From positions 1 to 37,528 of IMG/VR virus record IMGVR_UViG_3300037855_000079: DNA of 37,528 nt; one strand, written 5' to 3'. The stretch is from a virus. Its lineage: Duplodnaviria > Caudoviricetes. Under the pieces are notes generated by a model. The model did no database searches, was not told where the DNA came from, and saw only the letters and a program-made list of their open reading frames with translations. This document shows, in pieces, positions 18,455 to 27,291 of this stretch (position 1 is its first letter; every line of letters begins with the position of its first letter). The position numbers and the translations under genes are program-made.

Positions 18455-18856
18455 TCAGTCGAACGAGATCCAAACGCCGACGTCGTCAACGTCGCGCACG
18501 GTTCCAGCTTTCGACCGGGTGTTGGTGCCATCGGTTGCGGCAACGGTTTCATCGTCAACGATGTAACAAGGCTGACCGATGGAAGACCGGGTGACCGGAT
18601 CGCCAACGTCATTCCCAAGGCGGAACCAGTCGTCCCGCTCAACGGTGACGTTGGTATCGCCATCCGCGCCGGAGCTGTTGTCGGCGGTCGTGATGGCTAT
18701 CCCGATCGCAACAAGCCCGGTGGCGGTACGACCACGCGTGGCAAAGCCGTTTTCCAGGACGGCAAGTGCCCCACCAAAGATCTTGGTCGCAGCCGCAACT
18801 GGATGGCTCGGCGTGCGGCCAACGCGCTTATAAACTTTCTGTCTGGACGTCAGCAT
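18455..18856 (-). CDS. Probable capsid decoration/cement protein
   Basis: 133 aa between protease and capsid; VAAATKIFGG, ADNSSGADGD, CYIVDDETV patterns. Confidence 0.7.
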   Translation of the reverse strand: MLTSRQKVYKRVGRTPSHPVAAATKIFGGALAVLENGFATRGRTATGLVAIGIAITTADNSSGADGDTNVTVERDDWFRLGNDVGDPVTRSSIGQPCYIVDDETVAATDGTNTRSKAGTVRDVDDVGVWISFD

Positions 18857-19374
18857 CAGGCGGCTCCCTTGTCTGCCGCCAGATCCTTGGCGAAATCGTC
18901 ATGCGACAGGCCAAGTTGATCAGCGATTTTCATTTGATCGGCGGAGAGCAAGGCTTTGCCCTTGCCAGGGTCAACCGTGTCCAAGCCGCTGTTCGCGGCC
19001 ACGGCCAAAACGGGCGCGCCTTCGATAAAGGCCTTGAAGCCTTTCAAGCCCTCAAGACCGGACCGGCAGGCAGCCAGGTGATAGTCCTTCGAAGCCGGAG
19101 CGATCTTGCCGTCCTTGATCGCCTGATCGACCAGGTCGGCAATCTCCGCGTCGGCGGTTTGCTTCAGGCTGTTCAAAGCCGTGTCGCGTTCGCCGACCAC
19201 CTTGTCGTAGTCGGAACGCGGAACGAACTTTTCAACGTCCGGCATTTGGGCCGCGTTCTCAGCCTTGGCCTTACCGGCGTCCAGTTCCTCCACGGCCTTG
19301 ATGATTGCGTCGTCCGACGCCTCATCAGCCAGACCGAGGGAACGGCAAAGCGCGCGGCGCTTTTCCTTGTCCAT
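18856..19374 (-). CDS. Putative internal in-frame scaffold protein (Mu gpZ-like)
   Basis: In-frame ATG at 19374 preceded by GAGAG, after a Pro/Ser linker; MDKEKRRALCRSLGL... helical; same arrangement as Mu I/Z. Confidence 0.6.
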   Translation of the reverse strand: MDKEKRRALCRSLGLADEASDDAIIKAVEELDAGKAKAENAAQMPDVEKFVPRSDYDKVVGERDTALNSLKQTADAEIADLVDQAIKDGKIAPASKDYHLAACRSGLEGLKGFKAFIEGAPVLAVAANSGLDTVDPGKGKALLSADQMKIADQLGLSHDDFAKDLAADKGAA

Positions 19375-19869
19375 GGTGCTCTCGCTTGTGTTTGGTTCAG
19401 GGGAAGGGCCGCGCCGGTTGAGCGCGGTAAGCTGCAAATTCGGATCAACCGTCAGAGCAACAGAGGTCAGCTCCAAAATCCGGTTGGTGTTGGTCTCGTA
19501 GAAAAACGCGGGGCTGACATGGCGATACTGCCGAGAGCCGACCTTCTCCCGGCCAAGCTCGGTCCAGTCCGCCTTGCCCCAGAGCGAACCGTCGTCCTTG
19601 AGATCCAACTCGACGATGTAACCGGCAATATCCTTGGCCTTGCCGTCCGGCCACTCTTCCGTGCCGTGTTCAAAGTCGATCGGCAGACCGGACGGGCGGC
19701 GATCGAACATGGCCAAGAGATCTTCCGGCCGGTCATTGAGCCACGTGCGGCCATCGTAGCCAGCCACAGTTTGACCAGCGGGCAGAAGCTGGATCCACTC
19801 CGGGACCGTTCCCTCTTCACCGGTGTTCAGGGCAATCGCGATTGCAGCAATGGGGCTCGTTTTCGTCAT
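18856..19869 (-). CDS. Prohead protease/scaffold (Mu gpI family)
   Basis: PEWIQLLPAG, LPIDFEH, YRHVSPAF, SVALTVDPNL. Start re-assigned to ATG 19869 because the track start (19920) lies inside the promoter dyad. Confidence 0.92.
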   Translation of the reverse strand: MTKTSPIAAIAIALNTGEEGTVPEWIQLLPAGQTVAGYDGRTWLNDRPEDLLAMFDRRPSGLPIDFEHGTEEWPDGKAKDIAGYIVELDLKDDGSLWGKADWTELGREKVGSRQYRHVSPAFFYETNTNRILELTSVALTVDPNLQLTALNRRGPSPEPNTSESTMDKEKRRALCRSLGLADEASDDAIIKAVEELDAGKAKAENAAQMPDVEKFVPRSDYDKVVGERDTALNSLKQTADAEIADLVDQAIKDGKIAPASKDYHLAACRSGLEGLKGFKAFIEGAPVLAVAANSGLDTVDPGKGKALLSADQMKIADQLGLSHDDFAKDLAADKGAA

Positions 19870-19875
19870 GCCCGA

Positions 19876-19924
19876 AAACTGGCAGACGCCGGGCACAAAA
19901 AAACCGGCGACATATGTCACCGGC
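19876..19924 (-). promoter_or_regulatory. Putative activator-dependent late promoter of head/tail operon (dyad + -10)
   Basis: Dyad ACCGGCGACA-TA-TGTCACCGGC at 19903-19924, then 21 nt to a CAGTTT -10-like hexamer; second copy upstream of endolysin. Confidence 0.75.
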
Positions 19925-20119
19925 TTGGGTCTTTAATCCGCCTTGGATACCTATTTGTGGCCCCAAACCGGTTCCGATTGCAAGTTGCACCCTCGGGCGC
20001 TGGATCGCTTCGCCGTTAAACGGGGTTTAAACAGGGTAGAACGCGCGCGAGGATTTTTTGCGCATCATGAACCGCAAACGCCTCTCCAGCGGCTTGTATG
20101 GCGATTTTTGAGCAATCAA

Positions 20120-20551
20120 TTAAAATAACGAGACCAGCCCGATCACCACGCCACCCAATCCAGTGAGCGCGGTGATGAGTGGGACCCAGCGAAGCCATGC
20201 TTCAGTCCTGGCTTTTTGCTCCTCCCTAATTCTTGATAGCAGCTGGTTTCTAGCCTCTATGGTCAAAGTCAGTTTAGCCATTGGAAGCAACTGCTCCCAA
20301 CAACCATTTGCCTGAGTGCGGGCAGGTACTGGCAACATCAGGTTTTCGGCTTGCGTAACCAAGTGTTCAGTCTGAAGCCTAGCGATGTCGCAATGGATCT
20401 CAGTATTAAGCATGTGACTCTCAGCAAAAACGCCCTGACGCTCATTCTCGGTAGTAGCGGCCCGGTGAGAGGCTCTGAATTGGCGCGCTATTTTCCGCTT
20501 CTTACCATTCAGTTTCCAAAGCCCCCATTTGTATCGAAGGAAACTGATCAA
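20120..20551 (-). CDS. Hypothetical protein with C-terminal transmembrane helix (cargo)
   Basis: 143 aa; hydrophobic end WVPLITALTGLGGVVIGLVSLF; ATGA overlap with upstream ORF; AT-richer. Confidence 0.65.
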   Translation of the reverse strand: MISFLRYKWGLWKLNGKKRKIARQFRASHRAATTENERQGVFAESHMLNTEIHCDIARLQTEHLVTQAENLMLPVPARTQANGCWEQLLPMAKLTLTIEARNQLLSRIREEQKARTEAWLRWVPLITALTGLGGVVIGLVSLF

Positions 20552-20790
20552 GCGCTGGTTTCCCGGCCTTCACTTGCAGAGCGGAGTGCCTCTAAATGGG
20601 TTTGTGTTTGTTCCAGCATTTGCCGAGCTCTTTCCAAGTTCTCCGCAGTTGTATCGATCCAAGGTTCATTCGCGGTCTTGCTACCAGTACGAACCGTACC
20701 TTCTTCCAAAACTCTGATTTGGTCGCTGAGCTGTGCTTCTTGATACTCCAACCATTCAATCAATCGTTCACGCATGTAACTGATCCCCAT
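20548..20790 (-). CDS. Small acidic coiled-coil hypothetical protein (cargo)
   Basis: 75-80 aa (start 20790 or 20775); two amphipathic helices flanking WIDTT; stop overlaps next start. Confidence 0.65.
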   Translation of the reverse strand: MGISYMRERLIEWLEYQEAQLSDQIRVLEEGTVRTGSKTANEPWIDTTAENLERARQMLEQTQTHLEALRSASEGRETSA

Positions 20791-20901
20791 TTTGCAATGC
20801 TGTTGGAAACTTGCGCGAAATCTGATACGAACACAACCAGTCGGGCAAACCAGTGGCAGGCTCGAACCTGCGGAAGATGTAGCTGTCCTTCCTCCGGCCT
20901 T

Positions 20902-21660
20902 TCAGCACTGCTCGATTCTGACCCAGCTGTATCTTGATCCAAGCTTTACAAACATCCACTGAAGCGCGGCTATAATAGCCGATAGTACAGCCAACAGACA
21001 CAGCATGAGAAATATCAAAGCACCTTTCTCAGCAAACAACCTAGGTCCCGAGTGTTCGGGTTCATTGAAAATTGATGACATCACCAATTCTATGGAAAGT
21101 GTGCCCTGCCAAAACTCAAGCACCAGGTTCAATACGACAAACAAACCAAGCGAAATCAAAACTGACAACAAGCACAATTTAAAACTCAGTTGACCTGCTC
21201 GCGTCCCGACCCAAAAAGCCGCTATGCAGATGAATGGTAACATGAACAAAAAGAAGAGTTGTCCCCCGACCACAGCTTGCAGCGCGAAGCTTGCTCGGCT
21301 GGTCTTCACTACCAACTCATCGTAACTTCGCAAAAGCGCAATTATGAAATTGTAGGCATCTGCAAATGTTGCCAACACAATGCTCGAAATGATCACTGAC
21401 ATTGCTAAAAAGCCCACCGCTGTCGGCCGTGTCAGTGATGTGGGGCGTCTAAGTTTCACTGTTCCTATTGCTGGTGTCTCTAGTTCCGATGGCGTGAGAT
21501 ATGCGGACAACGGGAAAAATACGACCGCAATAGCGATCCCAACCAAAATACCCACAATGCTCAAGTCACTCGTGCGACTCATAATAAAAAGCGTTGCCAA
21601 CGCTACCAGTGCAAATCCCAACACAGTGAGCGTTAAAACCCGCCGCTCTTTCTCCTTCAT
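20902..21660 (-). CDS. Multi-pass membrane protein of unknown function (cargo)
   Basis: 252 aa with about six hydrophobic segments; GGAG RBS; starts 24 nt after gpF stop; clearly AT-richer. Confidence 0.75.
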   Translation of the reverse strand: MKEKERRVLTLTVLGFALVALATLFIMSRTSDLSIVGILVGIAIAVVFFPLSAYLTPSELETPAIGTVKLRRPTSLTRPTAVGFLAMSVIISSIVLATFADAYNFIIALLRSYDELVVKTSRASFALQAVVGGQLFFLFMLPFICIAAFWVGTRAGQLSFKLCLLSVLISLGLFVVLNLVLEFWQGTLSIELVMSSIFNEPEHSGPRLFAEKGALIFLMLCLLAVLSAIIAALQWMFVKLGSRYSWVRIEQC

Positions 21661-21684
21661 TCAACAAATCTCCAAAACATCACA

Positions 21685-22872
21685 TTATTCAGATTGCCAA
21701 ATACCATATCTTGACGCGTGGGTTGCAAACAAGTTGGCACTCGATACAAACAGTGTGCCGATGTAGAGGAAGCCCTCGGCCGATTGGCGCAAAACAACGC
21801 GCCGCAAGTAGCCGCCTTGATCCATCCAGAAGTTGATGCCCTTGTTGTCGGCGCGCCGGTCAATCGCAGTGCCGATCTCCAGCATCTGCTGAACCTGACC
21901 AAAGCCCGACGTGTCGATCGCTGCATGTTTCCCAATCTTTGCAGCCAACGTGTCATTGGACACTACCACCAAAGCGGACGGTGCTTTCAGACGATTTGCC
22001 AAATCCGGCGCATAGGCCACTGGCAGATGCACCCGCTCATTCATCCGGGCGTAAGCCTCCGGTGCTCGCGATTGCCAGAACTCTTGCAAGACGGCTTTGG
22101 CAATTGCAGGTGAAGCACTGCCAGCGTCTTCCAGCTTGGCGTTGAAATGCGGGATCAGGTTCTTTGCCCGCGCCTTGCCGGGATTGGTGTTCCAGCCCGG
22201 ATCAATTCCTTGCGGGATCAACTCTGTCTTGCCGGTGCGCTTGTTCAGGACTTCGACCAGGGGAATGTCGGGCAGATCACTAACGCCGCCGCGCGTGTCG
22301 GTTTCTTCCTGGCTGATTTGCCGGATCCAGCATTTGCAGCCCCAGCCATTGGGTGGGAACCAATCATCCCAGATCGGATCGTCAACCGGGCGGATGGTTC
22401 CTTCGCGGGCCACATGGTGCGGCCGGTGGTTTTCACTCGGGCCGATCCGATAGATGAAATACGGCAAGACCCGCTTTGTACGCTGAGCCCGTTCCCAATG
22501 CCCGGCAGCGCGGGCTGTGCGCGTGTTCGCCCAATAGATCGTTTTGAGCCGTCGCGGTGATCCGAGCTGCGCGGCGATCAGCTCCCCGGTTTTGGGATCA
22601 ATGAGGTTCTGTTTTCCCCACCATCCAAGGCGCTTTAAAGTGGGTTCAAGGTCCGTTTTAAAGGCGTCTAACGTCTGGCCGGTCCGGATGGCTTTGGCAA
22701 CTGCATCGCGAAGCTCGGTAAGGACCTCGGCCTTGACTGCCTTTGCCACTGTGAATGCAAAGCTGTGTTCTTCGGGCAAGACATCCCGCCAGTGGAAGGA
22801 TGGCTTGAGCGCCTTTTCTTCAAAGAACCGGGTAACCTCCGGCGCGGGTCTGGATGTGAAGTCATAGGTCAT
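21685..22872 (-). CDS. Mu gpF-like minor head protein with C-terminal extension
   Basis: HSFAFTVAK, GSPRRLKTIYWANTR, HRPHH, PPNGWGCKC, IDPGWNTNPG; about 150 additional residues follow. Confidence 0.92.
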   Translation of the reverse strand: MTYDFTSRPAPEVTRFFEEKALKPSFHWRDVLPEEHSFAFTVAKAVKAEVLTELRDAVAKAIRTGQTLDAFKTDLEPTLKRLGWWGKQNLIDPKTGELIAAQLGSPRRLKTIYWANTRTARAAGHWERAQRTKRVLPYFIYRIGPSENHRPHHVAREGTIRPVDDPIWDDWFPPNGWGCKCWIRQISQEETDTRGGVSDLPDIPLVEVLNKRTGKTELIPQGIDPGWNTNPGKARAKNLIPHFNAKLEDAGSASPAIAKAVLQEFWQSRAPEAYARMNERVHLPVAYAPDLANRLKAPSALVVVSNDTLAAKIGKHAAIDTSGFGQVQQMLEIGTAIDRRADNKGINFWMDQGGYLRRVVLRQSAEGFLYIGTLFVSSANLFATHASRYGIWQSE

Positions 22873-22873
22873 C

Positions 22874-24424
22874 TCAATCCATTGCGTCCCCGACGCCGCG
22901 CGCCTTCAGCCGTGCCCGGTTGAGACCGCGTGCAAGTTCGCTGTCGTCCATGTCTGCGGTCAAACCTTCAAGACCGGTCTGGATCTCTTGGAAAGATCCG
23001 GCACCGTTGACCAGGTCGCGCACGGGCTGAAGCAGCGGGTCCATTTGGGTTTCCCATTGGCCGAGTTCATCGGCTCCGATTTCCTCCAGGAGATCGTCGG
23101 CAGCGTGGACGTTGTTCGTCGCCTTGCGCCGGTTCCGGGCAGCGTCCGCGTCTTCTTCAGCTCCGGTTTCGGCGGGCGCGCCCAGGATCTCCGCGTCTTC
23201 GTCCGGATCGGAGAAGCCCGCCCGGTCGCGCACTTCCGCGGCTGAAACCCGCAAGCCGAGCGGCACCAGTTTGGCGAGAACATTGGAGAGGCGTTCCAGA
23301 TCCTCCGGCTCTTGCACTGGCAGGCGAACGGCCGGGTAGCGTTTCTGCAAGCCAAAGTTCACGTCAACAAATGGCCGGATCACATCCTTGTTGAGTGCCG
23401 CCTCCAGTTGCCGGGCATCAGCGGCCTTTACATCAAGGCGGACCTCGTTGTGCACCTCGGCCTGGGCTTTGGACGAACCATTGTCCGTCGTCATGGTTTG
23501 GCCAAGGATGATCTTGGAAACCTGCTCGTCCAGGAACTTGGCCAGATGCCCAAAGACACTGTCACCGCCGCGCGCACCGGACTGAACAAATTCTATGTCC
23601 ATTCCTTGCGGAATGATTCCGGCTGCATCCGAGGCGATCGACATGACCGCCCGCATGAGCTTGCGCTTGTCTTCATCGGATGCGTTGGCGTGGTACTTGC
23701 CGACACGCAGCGGCATGCCAAAGATTTCGCAGAACTGCGCCCAATCCTTCAGCGTGTAGGATTTGAGAACGAAGGACCAAACGGCCACGCGGGCAAGCCC
23801 GGCACGCACCGGCTTGCCGCTCTTCAGCTTTGGCATGTGGGTGATGAACTTGGCCGGTGCGAGCGGCAAGCCGTCCTTGTTGCCTTCCTGGCGGATCTCA
23901 AGCGTGCGCTTTTTCTGTTTGTCAAATTGGAACAGACGTGGGTCCTGCCACACGAAGTCACGGGGCATCCAGAGAGGCGACTTGGTGTCCCACATCATCT
24001 CAACAACAGCATAGCCTTTGCCGAGCCCGTCCAGCGCATCGTCCAGCATGTCGATGAAGTCCGGTTGCTCAACCAGCATCTTGACCGCTTCGGCAATGGT
24101 CTTGTCCGCCTCGGCCTCGCTGGCTGCATCCACCGTCATGTCGATCGACGACACAGCCCGCTTACGCGTTCCAAGGACCGAGCCGTAGTGCGGCTCCCGC
24201 TCTTCCATCTCCTCGGCAAGGGTCAGAAAGTCGAACATGTCGCCATCGTTCGCCGCCTTCAGAATACGCGGAACGTTGCGCGGCCGCAGGCCCGAGGCAA
24301 TGCTTTCGTCGAAGCTCCGGCTGAAGCGCCCGACGCTGGTAAAGTCGGTCTCCTTTGAAAGGGCTTTCGGCTCGGCTTTGATCGGGAGCCCGTGACGATC
24401 ATAAAAAACGTGGTCAGCCATCAA
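22874..24424 (-). CDS. Portal protein (Mu gp29 / DUF935)
   Basis: 516 aa; LAEEMEERE, WAQFCEIFGMPLRVGKY, SKIILGQTMTTD, AEVHNEVR. Confidence 0.95.
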   Translation of the reverse strand: MMADHVFYDRHGLPIKAEPKALSKETDFTSVGRFSRSFDESIASGLRPRNVPRILKAANDGDMFDFLTLAEEMEEREPHYGSVLGTRKRAVSSIDMTVDAASEAEADKTIAEAVKMLVEQPDFIDMLDDALDGLGKGYAVVEMMWDTKSPLWMPRDFVWQDPRLFQFDKQKKRTLEIRQEGNKDGLPLAPAKFITHMPKLKSGKPVRAGLARVAVWSFVLKSYTLKDWAQFCEIFGMPLRVGKYHANASDEDKRKLMRAVMSIASDAAGIIPQGMDIEFVQSGARGGDSVFGHLAKFLDEQVSKIILGQTMTTDNGSSKAQAEVHNEVRLDVKAADARQLEAALNKDVIRPFVDVNFGLQKRYPAVRLPVQEPEDLERLSNVLAKLVPLGLRVSAAEVRDRAGFSDPDEDAEILGAPAETGAEEDADAARNRRKATNNVHAADDLLEEIGADELGQWETQMDPLLQPVRDLVNGAGSFQEIQTGLEGLTADMDDSELARGLNRARLKARGVGDAMD

Positions 24425-26067
24425 TAAAGCCCATCTTTGCGTTGATAATCCATGCCGCCATAGCCGGGCTCATCATCTGCATGCCGCCCCTTGTGATCGC
24501 GGGCACCGGCTTCCGTTACTGGCGTGTAGTCGTACGAAACCGGAGCTTGCCGGGAGGCGAAGTAGGCGAGGATTCCGGCCGGTGCACTGTCACCGTGCCG
24601 ATCGAACCCGTCTGCGCCTTTGAACCTCATATCTTCCGGCACCCGAATTATGCCGTTGACGTAGCTGAGCGCCTGATGGTCCTTCAGAACATCCTCATCC
24701 AGCGGAAGCAGGATCGTCCCGTCGCTGAACGCTTCGATATAGACGGGCGAATTGGCCTGGTACCAAGAGGCGGTCATATGCACCTCTTGAATGATCTCGC
24801 CCCACTTCTGAGCGGCTTTTTCTGCCAGATACTGACCGTTGCCCGTGGCATCCAAAGCGCCAGCGGCAAGGCGCGGGAGACGGTCCCCGGCGTAAAAGAG
24901 GACATCGCGCTGCTGGTCAAACGGCACGTTGCGCAGTTCGATCGCAAAGACAGTGCGCCTGACCAGGTCCCGGCCAATCTCAAAAAACAGCATGAAGGTC
25001 AGATCGCCCTTGCGGGCAAAGTCCACCCCAAAGCAGTGCGGGCGGGTAGGATCCAGTTTCCTAACCACCGGATCTATGTGTTCCCGGCACCAATCCAGCT
25101 GCTCGGCTTTGCGGATGTGCTCCGGAGCGTTCTTGAAATCATCGTCGCAATCCCAACGCAGGATCGGAATGCCGGGTTTCATGCAGGCTTCAATTTGGAC
25201 CCGTGTAAGGGCTGAGCCCTCGGCCTCGGCCGGTATCGCGTCCAGCTCCTGGCGCATCTTCGATTTGCGCGCACCATAGGCGTTGCGGATCTTGGCGACC
25301 CAGGCTTCCTCGTTCTCCTTTGTGTACCCCTCGCCGTTGCGCATACAAACGCGCTTGAACAAACCGTTATTAATGGCCGTTTCAAAGGGTATGAAATGGA
25401 GGCTGTAGGGAACTTTCCCGGCCTTGGCTTCCCGGATCAATTCGTTAAAGGGGTTCAAGACACCGTTGTGGGTGGAGATGATCCGGATCTTGCCGCCCCA
25501 GATCAGAAGGGCGTTGACGCTGTCCAGGACCTCGCGCACATCCTTATGGAAAGCCGCCTCATCAATCACAACCACACCCTGAAGACCGCGAATGTTCTCC
25601 GGGCGGGATGACAAGGCCTCAACCCTGAAACCGGAGCTGAAGCGGATACGAAACGCGGAAATCTGACGGGTTGATCCGTCTTCCTTCTGATCTTCAAAAA
25701 GGAACTCTTCAACGTCCGCCAGCTCGCCTGAAACGACCTTTGCAAAATGCGCGACATAGCCGATGAACTCGCGGCCCTTGTCCTTGGTGTCACCGATGTA
25801 AAAGACGTTATCGCCGCCAGCTTCCCGGCTTGCCGCTGCGGTCAAGGTATCGTCCAGAGCCTCGGCAAATGTGATCCCGGTGCGCCGACCCTTTTCGCAC
25901 AGCTTCAGATCCGACTTGTCTTCGAGCCACTCTTTCTGATGATCCATCAAGATCCCGGCCGCCAACGGGTCGAGATCTTCCGGAATATCGGAACCGCGCG
26001 GCAGCTCGGGCGGAAGTGATGACGGGTCACGGGATAGGACCGGAGTGTTCACTGTGGCTGCGGTCAT
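24421..26067 (-). CDS. Terminase large subunit (Mu gp28-like)
   Basis: EKGRRTGIT, VVIDEAAFH, ISTHNG, GVDFAR, DATGNG, RHGD motifs. Confidence 0.95.
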   Translation of the reverse strand: MTAATVNTPVLSRDPSSLPPELPRGSDIPEDLDPLAAGILMDHQKEWLEDKSDLKLCEKGRRTGITFAEALDDTLTAAASREAGGDNVFYIGDTKDKGREFIGYVAHFAKVVSGELADVEEFLFEDQKEDGSTRQISAFRIRFSSGFRVEALSSRPENIRGLQGVVVIDEAAFHKDVREVLDSVNALLIWGGKIRIISTHNGVLNPFNELIREAKAGKVPYSLHFIPFETAINNGLFKRVCMRNGEGYTKENEEAWVAKIRNAYGARKSKMRQELDAIPAEAEGSALTRVQIEACMKPGIPILRWDCDDDFKNAPEHIRKAEQLDWCREHIDPVVRKLDPTRPHCFGVDFARKGDLTFMLFFEIGRDLVRRTVFAIELRNVPFDQQRDVLFYAGDRLPRLAAGALDATGNGQYLAEKAAQKWGEIIQEVHMTASWYQANSPVYIEAFSDGTILLPLDEDVLKDHQALSYVNGIIRVPEDMRFKGADGFDRHGDSAPAGILAYFASRQAPVSYDYTPVTEAGARDHKGRHADDEPGYGGMDYQRKDGLY

Positions 26068-26657
26068 GCCCGCAGCCCCAAGAACTCACGCCGCAGCTGG
26101 GCAACGGCATCCTTGGACAGACCTTTCGCCTTGGCCACCTTCTCCAGGGCCGCGTCGGTCTTCTTGGCAAAGTCTGCCTCAACCTGACTGCGGCGCTTGC
26201 TGGAAATGCCCTGTGCAGCGGTCGCCTTATGCAGCGCATTGGCAAGGTTCATGGCTTCCTTTGGTGCCATGCCGCTTTCCCCGGCGTCGGTCAACAATTC
26301 AAAGATGAGGGTCTTTAGGGCTTCCGCCGCAATCAAGGTCAGATCGTCGGATGCTTCAGCATCAAAGCTCTCGGCGATGCTGGCGGCGATGGTGCGGGTG
26401 TCTTCCAGGCGGCGGGTTAGATGCGCCTGTTTGATCGCATAGCGGTTGAACGATGAGAACGACGGGATCGTGAATTCAAGCTCGCCGCGATACTCTTTTT
26501 GCAAGCTCTGCAGTTCGCGATAGAAATTTTCATAGATCTCCGTTTGGGTCTTGTCCCGGCCGCGCAGATCCCGCGCCGCATCTGCAATGATGTGATCGCA
26601 CTCGGGCGGGAGTTTCTCGATCGAGGACAAGCGGCCCCGGCCGCGACGCGAAGCCAT
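26064..26657 (-). CDS. Terminase small subunit (Mu gp27 / DUF3486)
   Basis: GRGRLSSIEKLP N-terminus, SFSSFNRY, GLSKDAVAQLRREFLG C-terminus. Confidence 0.88.
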   Translation of the reverse strand: MASRRGRGRLSSIEKLPPECDHIIADAARDLRGRDKTQTEIYENFYRELQSLQKEYRGELEFTIPSFSSFNRYAIKQAHLTRRLEDTRTIAASIAESFDAEASDDLTLIAAEALKTLIFELLTDAGESGMAPKEAMNLANALHKATAAQGISSKRRSQVEADFAKKTDAALEKVAKAKGLSKDAVAQLRREFLGLRA

Positions 26658-26659
26658 GG

Positions 26660-26959
26660 TCAGTTACCGATCGACGGTTTCAGAACACCGTCCAAAAACG
26701 CCCGGCGCTCCACATGATCAAGGCCCGGCTGTCTCAGCTGCGCGACGAGAACTGACCCGACCTCAAACAGGCTGATCGCACCCAGCTCGTTCAGTTTGCG
26801 CAGTTGGGTCCGGATGTAGTCCCGGCTCTTGGTATGACCGAAGGCCTGCAAGAGATGCGCAACCAGTGTTTCATTCAGGCGGTGGTCATTTTCATCCGCC
26901 AAACCCTTGAGAATGATCAGGCGAACGTCCTGTGCGGAGTGTTCGGCGAAATCCATCAC
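26660..26959 (-). CDS. Mu gp26-like winged-helix protein
   Basis: 99 aa; RLIILKGL...GLDHVERRAFLDGVLKPS; position before small terminase. Confidence 0.8.
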   Translation of the reverse strand: MMDFAEHSAQDVRLIILKGLADENDHRLNETLVAHLLQAFGHTKSRDYIRTQLRKLNELGAISLFEVGSVLVAQLRQPGLDHVERRAFLDGVLKPSIGN

Positions 26960-27291
26960 TTGCCCCCATTGTTGAGAAGAAAGTCGTCAATCCGGGTCGC
27001 AATGCGCTCCACCGCTGTCAGATTGGCCGACACAGTTGCAATGTCGCCGCTGACTTGGGTGAGCTGGAGGTTCAACGCATGGAAGTCTTCACGGGTCGGC
27101 TGGTTCTTCATCACCGTTTCAAGATCCGAGATGCGACCATGTAACTCCGCATTGATGGCCTGAAGCTCGGCGATCTTGTCGGCGTTTGCCTTGGATGGCC
27201 GGGTCAGCCACGTGTGCAATGTTGCAGCGGATGCCAACACAACAGCAATGATACCGAGCACCCCGTCGAGGGCCTTGATGTAGTCGAGCAT
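26956..27291 (-). CDS. Mu gp25-like membrane-anchored coiled-coil protein (DUF2730-like)
   Basis: N-terminal TM, RISDLETVMKNQPTREDFHAL; start re-assigned to ATG 27291 (TAATG overlap). Confidence 0.78.
   Translation of the reverse strand: MLDYIKALDGVLGIIAVVLASAATLHTWLTRPSKANADKIAELQAINAELHGRISDLETVMKNQPTREDFHALNLQLTQVSGDIATVSANLTAVERIATRIDDFLLNNGGK

Noticed and set aside
3968-24358. Long plus-strand ORFs (3968-5089, 9559-10647, 11765-12922, 14772-15995, 18766-20019, 23312-24358)
   Set aside because: Antisense shadows of well-supported minus-strand phage genes, typical of GC-rich DNA; no protein motifs.
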